A stretch of DNA of 64,000 bases from Pseudomonadota bacterium (GTDB taxonomy: Bacteria > Pseudomonadota > Gammaproteobacteria > Burkholderiales > Burkholderiaceae_C): contig JAZJYR010000024.1 of the NCBI GenBank assembly GCA_040390295.1, positions 14,195 to 78,194 on the forward strand, given 5' to 3'. Shown one piece after another: positions 54,417-64,000 of the stretch. A program made the position numbers and the translations under genes. The notes under the pieces are model-generated. The model did not search any database. It worked only from the letters and a program-made list of their open reading frames with translations, and was not told the origin of the DNA. How positions within the stretch are numbered: the stretch's first letter is position 1; each line of letters opens with the position of its first letter.

Positions 54417-55400
54417 TCAATCAACAATGGCATTCGATGCCTTGACCAGCGGCGCCCATTTCTGGATCTCGGAGTTGATGAAGGCTGCATAGGCCTGCGG
54501 GCCGAGCGGTGCAGGGTCGGCGCCGATAGCGCGGATTTTTGCGATCACATCGGGGTCAGCCAGCCCACTCACGATTTCCTGGCCCATACGGTCAACGATG
54601 ACCTGCGGCGTACCTGTCGCCGCAGAGATGCCATACCAGCTGGAGATATCGAAATCGCGGATGCCCGACTCCTGCATGGTCGGCACATCGGGGTTGCTCG
54701 GAGATCGCACATTGCGCGTCACCGCCAGCAGCTTGAGCGTGCCCGCCTTGACATGCTGGGTGTAGAGCGGGAGGTTGTCAATGGAGAACAGCACCTCGCC
54801 AGCCAGCAAGGCATTCAGGTTGGCGGCGGTGCCCTTGTATGGCACATGCGTCAACTCGACACCAATGCGCTGGCCAAACAGCAGCGACGACAGATGAGAG
54901 CTGGTACCAGAACCCGCCGAGCCAAAGAAACCGGTCTTGGGGTTGGCACGCAGGTATGCAACCAGATCTGCCACCGAGTTGATGCCCTTGTCGGCACGTA
55001 TGGCCAGCGCGTTGGAGAAGGTCGCAATCCGCCCTACCGGCGGCAGGTCCTTCTTCGGGTCAAAGGTCGGCTTGCGGTACAGACTGACACCGATGCCGTT
55101 GGTCGCCACGTTGCTGATGAAGAAGGTGTAGCCGTCGGGTTTCGCACTATTGGCAACAGCTGCGGCGGTCATGCCGCCAGCCCCAGGATGATTTTCGATG
55201 AACAGGCTTTGTCCCAGCTTGTCCTTGAGCCGGCTTTCAAGGACACGCACAAAGATATCGCTGCCGCCACCAGGCGCACCTGCCGAAATAAAGCGTATGG
55301 GCTTGCTCGGCCAGACGTCCTGCGCAAAGGATGGTCGTGTCACGGCGCTTGCGCCCAGGGCGAGCGAGCCAAGAAGGACACTGCGTCGGGATGTGGTCAT
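54417..55400 (-). CDS. Bug-family (TctC-like) tripartite tricarboxylate transporter substrate-binding protein
   Basis: Tat-like signal MTTSRRSVLLGSLALGASA, then WPSKPIRFISAGAPGGGSDIF...NHPGAGG. Confidence 0.85.
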   Translation of the reverse strand: MTTSRRSVLLGSLALGASAVTRPSFAQDVWPSKPIRFISAGAPGGGSDIFVRVLESRLKDKLGQSLFIENHPGAGGMTAAAVANSAKPDGYTFFISNVATNGIGVSLYRKPTFDPKKDLPPVGRIATFSNALAIRADKGINSVADLVAYLRANPKTGFFGSAGSGTSSHLSSLLFGQRIGVELTHVPYKGTAANLNALLAGEVLFSIDNLPLYTQHVKAGTLKLLAVTRNVRSPSNPDVPTMQESGIRDFDISSWYGISAATGTPQVIVDRMGQEIVSGLADPDVIAKIRAIGADPAPLGPQAYAAFINSEIQKWAPLVKASNAIVD

Positions 55401-55516
55401 TTTGTCTCCAGCAGGGCTTTGCCCTATATGGTTGGTTGAATTACCCCTGTAGTATGCTCCCAGTTAATATGCAACCAGACTAATATCTGGTTTGAATTTA
55501 TCAGGAGAAACCCGAC

Positions 55517-57079
55517 ATGACCCGTTTGCACGACTGGGCAGAAACCCAGCCTGACAAGATTGCCGTGCGCATGCATGAAACCGGCAGGTCCCTGACCTAC
55601 AGGGAGCTGGACCAGAGAGCCAACCGCGTCGCGGACTGGCTGCTGTCGCTGGGGCTGGCCGAAGGTTCGGTCATCGCCCTGCTGCTTGAAAACAACCTGG
55701 GTACTTTCGAACTCTGGTGGGGCGCGCGTCGTGCCGGTCTGTATTACGTTCCCATCAGCGTCTTGCTCACCGGGCGCGAGGCAGCCTACATCGTGCGCGA
55801 CTGCGGTGCATCCGTGCTTGTCACCAGCGCAGCGATGGCAGACCTGGCGAATGAAACCCTGAAGGAACTCGGTGACGATGTCCCGGCACACCGCGTGATG
55901 CTCGACGGTGTAGCCGCAAACTTCGGGAACTACGACGACATCATGTCCGCCTTCCCGGGCACCACATCTTTGCCGGAACGTCCTGTAGGCCGCGAATTCA
56001 TGTACTCCTCAGGCACCACAGGTTTTCCCAAGGGCATACGCCGACCCCTGCTGCCCTTTGCCAGGCGCTATGACCTGCCTGAGCTGGAACAGAAACTCAG
56101 GTCCATGTTCCAGCTTGATGAGCACTCCGTTTTTCTGTCGGTATCACCGCTCTACCATGCGACCGGGCGTTTCAACATCCGCGTGATCGAATGTGGCGGA
56201 AGCTGCGTCATCCTGCGCAAATTTGATGCAGAAATCGCGCTTGAAGCCATCGCCCGGCACCATATCACGCATGGCCACTGGGTACCCACCATGTTCAGCC
56301 GCATGCTCGCCCTTCCCCCTGAAGTCCGCGGGCGTCATGACCTCTCCAGCCAGCGCGTGGCCCTGCATGCAACTGCGCCCTGCCCGCGCCACGTCAAGGA
56401 GGCGATGATCAACTGGTGGGGGCCCATCATCAACGAGTACTACGGGGGCTCTGAAAACGTAGGCGTGACTTACATCGATGCAGTCGACTGGCTCGCCCAC
56501 AAGGGTTCTGTCGGCAAACCCATCTGCGGCGAAGTGCATATCATGGCCGATGACGGCAGCGACACCGAACTTGCATCGGGAGAGATTGGCCTGATTTATT
56601 TCAACGGCGGCGTCGAGTTCCAGTATCACAACGATTCGCAGAAAACAAAATCCGTTTTCAACAAGCTGGGCTGGGGAACCTATGGCGACATGGGCTCGGT
56701 GGACGGCGACGGCTTTTTGTTCATGAGCGACAGACGCACCGACCTCATCATCTCGGGCGGTGTCAATATCTATCCGCAGGAAGCGGAGAACGTATTGCTG
56801 ACGCACCCGGCAGTAGCGGACGCTGCCGTCATCGGCATCGCGCACGAGGACTTTGGGCAGGAAGTCAAAGCTGTGGTGCAACTCAAGCCGGGACACCGGG
56901 GATCAGAAAGCCTGGCGAATGAGCTGATGGAATTTTGCCGCAGCCAGCTGTCACGCATCAAGTGCCCGCGCAGCGTTGATTTTGTAGATGAGTTGCCGCG
57001 CAGCGAAAACGGGAAATTATTGAAACGTGTGCTTCGCGACCAGTACGCTGCAGCCCCGGTAAAGGCAGCTGCAAGCTGA
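55517..57079 (+). CDS. AMP-dependent acyl-CoA synthetase/ligase
   Basis: YSSGTTGFPKG (AMP-binding motif), GWGTYGDMG, and ENGKLLKR at the C-terminus. Confidence 0.9.
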   Translation: MTRLHDWAETQPDKIAVRMHETGRSLTYRELDQRANRVADWLLSLGLAEGSVIALLLENNLGTFELWWGARRAGLYYVPISVLLTGREAAYIVRDCGASVLVTSAAMADLANETLKELGDDVPAHRVMLDGVAANFGNYDDIMSAFPGTTSLPERPVGREFMYSSGTTGFPKGIRRPLLPFARRYDLPELEQKLRSMFQLDEHSVFLSVSPLYHATGRFNIRVIECGGSCVILRKFDAEIALEAIARHHITHGHWVPTMFSRMLALPPEVRGRHDLSSQRVALHATAPCPRHVKEAMINWWGPIINEYYGGSENVGVTYIDAVDWLAHKGSVGKPICGEVHIMADDGSDTELASGEIGLIYFNGGVEFQYHNDSQKTKSVFNKLGWGTYGDMGSVDGDGFLFMSDRRTDLIISGGVNIYPQEAENVLLTHPAVADAAVIGIAHEDFGQEVKAVVQLKPGHRGSESLANELMEFCRSQLSRIKCPRSVDFVDELPRSENGKLLKRVLRDQYAAAPVKAAAS

Positions 57080-57086
57080 GAGCGCC

Positions 57087-58286
57087 TCAAGCCGGTGCTT
57101 GCACAACCGCCTTTTGCGCAATCAACGCGTCAATCCCGGCCTGATCAAAACCGAAGCGTGCAAGCACCTCGACGCTATGCTCACCGAGGCATGGCACCCT
57201 GTCACCCTGATCGCCGGCAGCACAGCCGGGTTGGCGTGCGCGCGGCAGGGACGGCAGGCCAGCCATGTCCATGCTGCTGAAGATGCCGGCATGCATGACC
57301 TGCGGATGCGACAGCAGGCTTTCATAGGTATGGACCTGCGAATGCAGGACATCTGCCACCCGCAACCTTGCAAGCCAGAATGAAAGCGCTTCGCCCTTCA
57401 GTGTGTTCGCCACCTCTGCATTGATGGCTTGCGCATTTGCCAGGCGCAGCTTGTTGGAGGAAAACCGTTCATCTGCAGCCAGATGCGCCTGACCCAGCGC
57501 ATCACACAGTCTTGAGAACATGGCGTTGTCAAGCGTGCTCAGCGTCACAGACCCATCCTTGCAGGCAAACACGCCGCTTGGAGCCGTCGCCGCCGTCGCA
57601 GGCAGACCTGAAGAAAAAACTGCATCCACGATATTGCTGGCCTGCAATGCCGCGCAGGCCTCCAGCAGGCTGAGTTGAAGATGACGGCCCTTGCCCGTGA
57701 TGGAGCGTCGATACAACGCAGCGCTGACCAGCTGTGCGGCATACATCGCCGCTCCAATATCCGCAAGATAAAGGCCTACCTTCTGCGGCTGCCCCGAGGC
57801 AGAACGGTTGGCATGCATCATGCCGCTCATGGCCTGCATCACGCTGTCTGTCGCAGGCGAGTCCACCAGCGGCCCATCGACGCCAAAACCCGAAATCGAC
57901 ATGTACACCAGGCGCTCGTTGTGTGGCACCAGCGTCTCATAGTCGAGCCCGAGACGCCTGACAACACCCGGCCTGAAGTTCTGGATCACAACATCCACCT
58001 GCCGCGCCAGCTTTTGCAACACGCTGCGTCCCGCCTCCATGCCGGCATCTACGCAAAGACCGTACTTTCCGGCGTTATAAGCCAGTACCACGGCAGAGAA
58101 ACCATCACGCGTGGTGCCCATGTTTCTTGCCCAGTCGCCTGCCGGCGGCTCGACCTTGATGACTTCGGCGCCCTGTCGCTGCAGGATGTCGGCGCAATAG
58201 GGGCCGGCTATGCCCTGGCTCAGGTCAAGAACCCGCAAGCCCTGGAACAATGGCTCATCGGCAATGGCAGACATGAGGCGTGACAC
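57087..58286 (-). CDS. family III CoA-transferase (CaiB/BaiF)
   Basis: LFQGLRVLDLSQGIAGPYCADILQRQGAEVIKVEPP...NFRPGVVRRLGLDYE. Confidence 0.85.
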   Translation of the reverse strand: MSRLMSAIADEPLFQGLRVLDLSQGIAGPYCADILQRQGAEVIKVEPPAGDWARNMGTTRDGFSAVVLAYNAGKYGLCVDAGMEAGRSVLQKLARQVDVVIQNFRPGVVRRLGLDYETLVPHNERLVYMSISGFGVDGPLVDSPATDSVMQAMSGMMHANRSASGQPQKVGLYLADIGAAMYAAQLVSAALYRRSITGKGRHLQLSLLEACAALQASNIVDAVFSSGLPATAATAPSGVFACKDGSVTLSTLDNAMFSRLCDALGQAHLAADERFSSNKLRLANAQAINAEVANTLKGEALSFWLARLRVADVLHSQVHTYESLLSHPQVMHAGIFSSMDMAGLPSLPRARQPGCAAGDQGDRVPCLGEHSVEVLARFGFDQAGIDALIAQKAVVQAPA

Positions 58287-58289
58287 CGG

Positions 58290-59306
58290 CTACCCGGCTT
58301 CGGGCACAACTTCAATCAGCGCACGACCCACCACGCGTCGCGCGACGACTGCATCAAAAGCGTCAGCCAGCCTGTCCAGCGGATATGCCCTTGAAGATTC
58401 AGGCTTCAGTTCGCCTGCAGCCACATGCGCAAACAGGGTGTCCATCATGTCCTTCAGGCGTTGCCTGTAGAACTCACGTTCGTCCGTCAGCCCCCACCCG
58501 ATGTACAGGCCAAAGTTGAAGCCGATGATTTCGGCGTTTTTGACCAGCAGGATATTCGCCGGGATTTTGGGTATCTCGCCGCTTGCAAAACCCACGACCA
58601 GGATGCGGCCTTCCGGCTTGAGGCAGCGCAGGGCTTCATCAAACAGGCTGCCCCCGACCGGGTCGAACACCACATCGACGTTTTTACCGCCATTGAGGTC
58701 GCGCACCTGCTGGCTGAGCTGCCCGCCGCCGTGAACAATGCCTGCATGTGCACCACGGTCCATCGCAATCTTCACGCGCGCATCACTGCCAGCGACGGCG
58801 ATCACGCGCGCACCCGCGAGACGACCCAGCTCGACAGCGGGTAGCCCAACACCACCCGCTGCGCCGTACACCAGCAAGCTGTCCCCGGCCTGAAGCCGGC
58901 CACGCCAGTGCAGCGCGGCATACGAGGTACCGTAGGTCAGCGGAACGCTCGCGGCTGTGGCAAGACTGACCGCATCTGGCACATGCCAGGTGGTGGATGC
59001 CATTGCAACAGCCTGCTCCGCGTAGCCACCCCAATCCAGCGCTGCAGCCACACGGTCACCCGGGGAAAACGCCGTCACATCGGGTGCCACCTCCAGCACC
59101 ACACCCGAGACTTCGGTCCCGGGGACAAAAGGCAGGGGCGGTTTGCGCTGATATTTGCCCGCAATCACAAGCGTTTGCCCGAAACCTGCAGTGACGTAGT
59201 GGACTGCAATACGAACCTGCCCCGCAGACAGGACTGGAGGCGCTACATCGTCGCGAAGCTCCAGCTCGCTGTAATGCATCCATTTTTCACAAAGGTAGGC
59301 CTTCAA
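58290..59306 (-). CDS. NADPH:quinone oxidoreductase / zinc-type alcohol dehydrogenase family (MDR)
   Basis: VPGTEVSGVV...LLVYGAAGGVGLPAVELG...ILVVGFASG. Confidence 0.85.
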   Translation of the reverse strand: MKAYLCEKWMHYSELELRDDVAPPVLSAGQVRIAVHYVTAGFGQTLVIAGKYQRKPPLPFVPGTEVSGVVLEVAPDVTAFSPGDRVAAALDWGGYAEQAVAMASTTWHVPDAVSLATAASVPLTYGTSYAALHWRGRLQAGDSLLVYGAAGGVGLPAVELGRLAGARVIAVAGSDARVKIAMDRGAHAGIVHGGGQLSQQVRDLNGGKNVDVVFDPVGGSLFDEALRCLKPEGRILVVGFASGEIPKIPANILLVKNAEIIGFNFGLYIGWGLTDEREFYRQRLKDMMDTLFAHVAAGELKPESSRAYPLDRLADAFDAVVARRVVGRALIEVVPEAG

Positions 59307-59330
59307 AAAAAACTCCAGTCGATGCTTGGT

Positions 59331-60323
59331 TTATTCAAAACTGATATGCGACATGTCTTTGGTGATCTGCTGCCATTTGACGGTCTCCGTGCGCGCCAGG
59401 TCATTGGCCTGTGCAGATGTGGTGCCCGTCGTGTCAATGCCAAAGCTCACCAGCCGGGCATTGAAGTCCGGTGTATTCACAATTTTTGCAATCTCTGCTG
59501 ACAGCTGGTCCACGATCGCTTTGGGCGTCTGGCGCGGCGCAAACATGCCCCACCATGGCGAAAATGGTTCCATTCCCGATATGCCTTGCTCCGCAAATGT
59601 AGCGACATCTGGCAGCACAGCTGAACGTTTGGAGCCCGTGACTGCAATCGGCCGGATCTTGCCGGACTTGATCAGCGGCGAGGCGCTGCCGATGTCGGCC
59701 ACGGCGGTCAGCAACTGCCCACCCATGAGGTCCTGCAATTCAGGCGCCACGCCCTTGTAGGGCACATGCACCATCTTGACATTCGCCTGGCGAATCATGA
59801 ACTCGCCCAAAACGTGAGCACTCGAACCATTGCCATAAGAGCCGTAGTTGGCAGACTCGGGTTTGGCCTTCACTGCATCAAACAGCTGGCGCAGGTTGGT
59901 GATGGACGTCGCGCCGTTGACATAGAGCACCAGCGGCGTGGAGCCGAGGTGCGAAATGGCCGTCAGGTCTTTCTGCACGTCGTAGGGAACCTTCTTGAGG
60001 GTCGCAGGTGTCATCACAATCGGCGTGCTGGTCGTGAACAGCAGGGTGTAGCCGTCCGGGTCAGCCTTGGCGACTGCCGCCGTACCCAGCATCTGGGAGG
60101 CTCCCGGCCGGTTGTCGACAAGCACCGTCTGGCCCAGGGCCTGACCGAGTCTTTCAGCGACAAGGCGGGCAATCACATCGCTGGGGCCACCCGCGCTGGC
60201 GGGCACGATGAACCGTATGGGTTTGGATGGATAACGTGCAGCGTCCTGTGCATGCGCACCGGACGCCGCGAACAATACGGCAAGGGCGCCAGCTTTGAGG
60301 CAGGTCTTGAGTTGAGCGAGCAT
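59331..60323 (-). CDS. Bug-family (TctC-like) substrate-binding protein
   Basis: Signal MLAQLKTCLKAGALAVLFAASGAHA, then YPSKPIRFIVPASAGGPSDVI...NRPGAS. The ORF is open to 60380. Confidence 0.85.
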   Translation of the reverse strand: MLAQLKTCLKAGALAVLFAASGAHAQDAARYPSKPIRFIVPASAGGPSDVIARLVAERLGQALGQTVLVDNRPGASQMLGTAAVAKADPDGYTLLFTTSTPIVMTPATLKKVPYDVQKDLTAISHLGSTPLVLYVNGATSITNLRQLFDAVKAKPESANYGSYGNGSSAHVLGEFMIRQANVKMVHVPYKGVAPELQDLMGGQLLTAVADIGSASPLIKSGKIRPIAVTGSKRSAVLPDVATFAEQGISGMEPFSPWWGMFAPRQTPKAIVDQLSAEIAKIVNTPDFNARLVSFGIDTTGTTSAQANDLARTETVKWQQITKDMSHISFE

Positions 60324-60466
60324 GGTTTGTCTCCTGTGAATTCTTGTTGCGCTGCGCAGCGAACTGGCAGTCCGCCACATTAACTACGCTTGCATATGAT
60401 ATTTCACAATACCTATTCGGGCAATTGCGGGCAAACCAGTACTCCGCAATCAGCCACGGCCAGCTG

Positions 60467-62056
60467 TCAGGCAGGCGTTTTTTCGCGCAGCATGTCCCGC
60501 AGTTCCCGGCGGATGAGTTTGCCCGTCGGTGAGCGAGGCATCTGGTCCAGCACCACATAACGCGACGGTGACTTGATACGACCCAGCTGTTTGTCGCAGT
60601 GTGCACTGAGGCGCAGCGCCAGCTCGTTTGCAGGGAGCTTTCCGTCGCCCACCACAAAGGCCACCGGGCGCTCACCAAACTCATCATCGGGTGCACCCAC
60701 CACACCCACATCCACAATACAGCCAAGTTCCATGATGGCTGACTCGATCTCCTGCGGATAAACATTGACCCCACCCGAAATAATCATGTCGTCCATGCGG
60801 TCGGTGAGAAACATATAACCCTCACTGTCAACATAACCAATGTCGCCAAGCGTCTGGAAGCCCTGCGGACTGGTGCGGCTGGCTGTCTTTCCAGGCTCAC
60901 CGAAGTACTGGAAGGGGCTGATGCCGGAGAAAAAAATGCGCCCTACCTTGCCCGCAGGCAATTCCGACCAGTCTTCATCCAGCACATGCGGCACGCCCTT
61001 GCGTGTTCTTCCCACAGAGCCGGGGCGCCTGAGCCATTCATGTGAATCCAGCATGGTGAGGCCAACGCCCTCGGTGCCGGAGTAATACTCCATCAGGACG
61101 GGTCCCCACCAGTCGATGATGGCGTGTTTGACGGGCACGGGGCACGGCGCTGCGGAATGAAGCGCCATGACATGATCAGGTGCCCGGAAATTGCGGCGCA
61201 CCTCTTCAGGCAGACGCAACAGGCGCTGCAGCATGGTCGGTACCCACTGCGAATGGGTGATGCGGTGTTCTGCCAGCATTCTCAAGGCATCTTCAGCCTC
61301 AAATTTTTGCATCCCGAAAACACTGCCCCCGGTTGCCGTCACGGTGAGCGCGAAACGAAGCGGTGCGGCATGATAAAGCGGCGCGGTAGACAGGTAACGC
61401 ACACCTTCATCGATGGAGAAAAGCGCCATCAGATCGGCTGCAAAGGTTGGCGCTCCACGATAGTCAGCGGCTGGCAATGGCCGCCATACCCCTTTGGGCG
61501 CTCCCGTGGTGCCCGAGGTATACAGCATGAGCGAGCCGGGCATTTCTTCATCCCGCGGCTGTGTGCCCATACCCGCCATCAGGGCCTCAACCGGCGTGTA
61601 GCCGGGCATATCCTCTCCATGCGAGATCCAGCGAATCGGCTGCCGGCACTGGGCCGGCAGTTCGGACACAGGGGTTTTCACGGCCGCATCGGCCAGCACC
61701 AGCTTCGCCTGGCTGTTGTCAACAATGTAAGCCGCATCTTTCAGGGACAGCGAATTCGATGCCGGCGTGAAGTACAAACCGCTGCGATATGCCGCCCAGG
61801 CCAGCACAAACATGAAAGAAACATTCGGCAAAAAGGCAACGACATGGTCGCCACGCTGAAGACCTTCAGCTTCGAACACACGCGCCAGCTGGTTGGCATG
61901 AGCCTCAAGATCACCGTATCTCAGCGATTCGTTTCCGATACTGATGGCCACCCTGTCCGGGAAATGTGTCGCCCAGTGTCTGAGGTCATGTGTCATGGTC
62001 TTGATTTGAAAGGATGTCTCGTGAAGGCCGGCAAGGGTTTGCCCGATAGCGTCCAA
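60467..62056 (-). CDS. AMP-dependent acyl-CoA synthetase/ligase
   Basis: YTSGTTGAPKG, GFQTLGDIGY, PTGKLIRR. The start may be MTHDL at 61996. Confidence 0.9.
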   Translation of the reverse strand: MDAIGQTLAGLHETSFQIKTMTHDLRHWATHFPDRVAISIGNESLRYGDLEAHANQLARVFEAEGLQRGDHVVAFLPNVSFMFVLAWAAYRSGLYFTPASNSLSLKDAAYIVDNSQAKLVLADAAVKTPVSELPAQCRQPIRWISHGEDMPGYTPVEALMAGMGTQPRDEEMPGSLMLYTSGTTGAPKGVWRPLPAADYRGAPTFAADLMALFSIDEGVRYLSTAPLYHAAPLRFALTVTATGGSVFGMQKFEAEDALRMLAEHRITHSQWVPTMLQRLLRLPEEVRRNFRAPDHVMALHSAAPCPVPVKHAIIDWWGPVLMEYYSGTEGVGLTMLDSHEWLRRPGSVGRTRKGVPHVLDEDWSELPAGKVGRIFFSGISPFQYFGEPGKTASRTSPQGFQTLGDIGYVDSEGYMFLTDRMDDMIISGGVNVYPQEIESAIMELGCIVDVGVVGAPDDEFGERPVAFVVGDGKLPANELALRLSAHCDKQLGRIKSPSRYVVLDQMPRSPTGKLIRRELRDMLREKTPA

Positions 62057-62180
62057 TTGATTAAGAACAGTATCGTATGGCTACATACTATAATCCACGA
62101 TGTGACCGCAAACAATAGAAGTATTTCGATGTCATCAGCCCGTTCAGCATGTCCACAGTCAGCCGCGCGAGGACTTCAGC

Positions 62181-63506
62181 ATGAAGGTGCTTGAGCACCA
62201 TGCAGGCCTGGCGGCAGGGCGGGTGGCACGCGCGGCCCCGGCTTCGGTCTCATCACCCCAACAGGTCAGCGTTCAGGCCCTGTCCAGACTGGTACGGCCT
62301 GGCGAGCTGGTCTATGTACCGGGCGCAAGCGGTGCACCTCTTGACTTTGTCTCCAGCCTGCTGGTGCGCGGCGAGCACCAGAAAGACCTCCGGCTGCTGA
62401 CAAGTTATGTACCCGGCATCAACACCCTGGAACTGCGGTCCATGGACGCAAGCGCCGTGGTCACAGGCCTGTTCATGCACGCGGGACTGCAGGCCGCACA
62501 TCGCTCCGGCCAGTACCGCTGCCTGCCCCTGAGCTACGCAGGTTTTGTGCGCCATGTCATCGACAAGGTTGAAACCGACCTGGCTGTCGTGCAACTGTCA
62601 CCGCCTGATGCGGACGGCAACTGCTCCCTCGGCCCCGCAGTCGAGTTCATGCCATCCATACTGAGAAAGACACGGCGCGTGCTCGGCCTCATCAACCATC
62701 AGACGCCCTGCATACCGGGTGCTGTCACCATTCCCTATGCGAGCCTGAACTACGTGTGCGAGGTTGACACTCCCTTGCCGACCTACAACACCGACAGCAA
62801 CGCCGTGACCGAAGCAATAGCACGGCACATCGCCCCGCTGGTGCCGGACGGGAGCGCCCTGCAGATCGGCCTGGGCAAGGTGCCCATGGCACTGTCCCGC
62901 CTGCTTTGCGACCGCCGCATGCTGCGCCTGCATTCCGGCATGCTGTCAGATGGCCTGCTTGATCTTGCCCGGGCTGGCGCGCTGGACCCCGACTTTGCCC
63001 ACACTACCTGCGCGCTGGTGGGCTCCGCTGATCTTTACCGGGACATCGCGGGGTTCGATCAGCTTCGCGTACTCGGCTGCGAGATCACACACAACCCGCG
63101 TGTCCTGATTGAGCTTGATAACTTTGTGTCGGTCAACTCCGGGCTTGAAGTCGATCTGTTTGGCCAGTGCAACCTCGAGCATGCGAACGGCCAGGCCATC
63201 AGCGGTGCCGGCGGCGCGCCTGATTTCGCCCGTGCAGCACGGCTTTCGGCTGGTGGCCGGAGCATCGTCGCACTGAATGCCACACATCATGCCGGCAAGG
63301 GCTCACGCATCGTCCCCTGCCTCGATTCAAACGCCGTCACCACCATTTCCAGAATCGACGTCGACCACGTTGTCACCGAGTACGGCGTGGCGAACCTGGC
63401 TGGCGCCAGCGTGCACGAGCGTGCGCAGGCCATCATCAGCGTCGCGGCACCAGACTTTCGCGAAGAGCTTTCCAGGAGCTGGGCCGCCATCGCGGCTCGC
63501 CTCTAG
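62181..63506 (+). CDS. acetyl-CoA hydrolase/transferase family protein (4-hydroxybutyrate CoA-transferase-like)
   Basis: LQIGLGKVP...VNSGLEVDLFGQCN...SGAGGAPDF is typical of this family. Confidence 0.75.
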   Translation: MKVLEHHAGLAAGRVARAAPASVSSPQQVSVQALSRLVRPGELVYVPGASGAPLDFVSSLLVRGEHQKDLRLLTSYVPGINTLELRSMDASAVVTGLFMHAGLQAAHRSGQYRCLPLSYAGFVRHVIDKVETDLAVVQLSPPDADGNCSLGPAVEFMPSILRKTRRVLGLINHQTPCIPGAVTIPYASLNYVCEVDTPLPTYNTDSNAVTEAIARHIAPLVPDGSALQIGLGKVPMALSRLLCDRRMLRLHSGMLSDGLLDLARAGALDPDFAHTTCALVGSADLYRDIAGFDQLRVLGCEITHNPRVLIELDNFVSVNSGLEVDLFGQCNLEHANGQAISGAGGAPDFARAARLSAGGRSIVALNATHHAGKGSRIVPCLDSNAVTTISRIDVDHVVTEYGVANLAGASVHERAQAIISVAAPDFREELSRSWAAIAARL

Positions 63507-63605
63507 AAGTCCTGACGGTGTCTTTCATGAGCCCGGCTCTTTATTCTTCCCACGCCCAACGGCATTCGCCCGGGTTTTATCCCATTTCATTTCATGGAGC
63601 CAGTT

Positions 63606-64000
63606 ATGCAAGCCTTGCTTGAAGGAAAAGTCATTGTTGTCACGGGCGCAGGCGCAGGCGTCGGCAAGGGTATCGCGATGGAAGCAGCCCGCCAGGGCGC
63701 CAAAGTCATCGTCAATGATCTGGGCGTCGCCATTGACGGCAGCGGCGCCAGCAGTGGACCGGCGCAACAAACCGTTGACGAGATCCGTGCCTTCGGCGGT
63801 ACCGCTGCAGCCAATACCGAAAGTGTCGCCGAATGGAAATCCGCCCAGTCCATCATCGCGCAGGCACTTGACCTCTACGGCCGTATCGACGGCGTTGTCA
63901 ACAACGCAGGCAACCTGCGTGATGTCATCTTCCACAAGATGCCGGAAGACGACTTTGATGCGGTCATCCAGGTCCACCTCAAGGGCAGCTTCAACATGTC
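63606..64000 (+). CDS. short-chain dehydrogenase/reductase (SDR), 3' end beyond the window
   Basis: MQALLEGKVIVVTGAGAGVGKGIA...NNAGNLRD (TGxxxGxG and NNAG motifs). There is no stop before the window end, so it is absent from the ORF track. Confidence 0.8.
   Translation, partial: MQALLEGKVIVVTGAGAGVGKGIAMEAARQGAKVIVNDLGVAIDGSGASSGPAQQTVDEIRAFGGTAAANTESVAEWKSAQSIIAQALDLYGRIDGVVNNAGNLRDVIFHKMPEDDFDAVIQVHLKGSFNM

Noticed and set aside
55440-55500. Palindromes such as AACCAGA-ctaata-TCTGGTT lie upstream of the acyl-CoA synthetase gene, with similar ones near 62060-62110.
   Set aside because: These are ordinary operator-like sites in a core catabolic cluster. No regulator gene lies in the window and nothing is unusual.
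51993-64000. The duplicated CoA-transferase, acyl-CoA synthetase and Bug receptor genes were considered as a possible novel pathway.
   Set aside because: This combination is commonplace in betaproteobacterial core genomes. Nothing in the sequence departs from standard family motifs.

Overview
GC-rich proteobacterial DNA. The tandem Bug/TctC-type receptors and acyl-CoA genes suggest a Comamonadaceae-like betaproteobacterium, but that is inference only. The window has two parts. (1) nt ~693-51862 is a ~51-kb genomic island integrated into tRNA-Arg(ACG). It is bounded by a perfect 47-bp direct repeat, with an AlpA/Xis-like ORF and a tyrosine integrase at the tRNA-proximal end. (2) nt ~51.9-64 kb is ordinary core acyl-CoA metabolism: CoA-transferases, an acyl-CoA dehydrogenase, two acyl-CoA synthetases, two Bug receptors, a quinone oxidoreductase and an SDR. 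The island is a mosaic, read here from its distal end toward the tRNA. It starts with an IS3 element and a fossil tRNA-Arg/greB/spoT junction. Next comes an AT-richer multi-component phosphorelay, then IS30, a TpsB fragment and an IS3 fragment. After these sits a translationally coupled pair of degenerate cyanophycin-synthetase-like ATP-grasp proteins, preceded by an exported protein and a possible 66-aa Arg-rich ORF. A PglL-type O-oligosaccharyltransferase-like protein and an OmpR/EnvZ-type pair follow. An 11-gene MSHA-like type IV filament locus comes next, bracketed by two unusual paralogous ~270-aa pilins. Then come two tandem nucleotidyltransferase-fold paralogs (one keeps the catalytic acidic dyad, one has lost it), an IS481, and an AT-rich block of orphan small ORFs. 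A plasmid-like module follows, with two Integrase_1-type recombinases, iterons, a parC-like array, a disrupted parM and a parR-like gene. The last segment next to the integrase is a decayed defence-like stretch: a frameshifted TIR protein, an IS1595, an OLD-type ATPase stub, a DUF867 gene broken by a 7-bp triplication, and an E1/ThiF-like gene with a membrane protein. I saw no CRISPR array and no rRNA. The most interesting candidates for undescribed biology are the cphA-like pair, the variant type IV filament locus and the nucleotidyltransferase pair. All functional calls come from reading motifs by eye. No database search was run.
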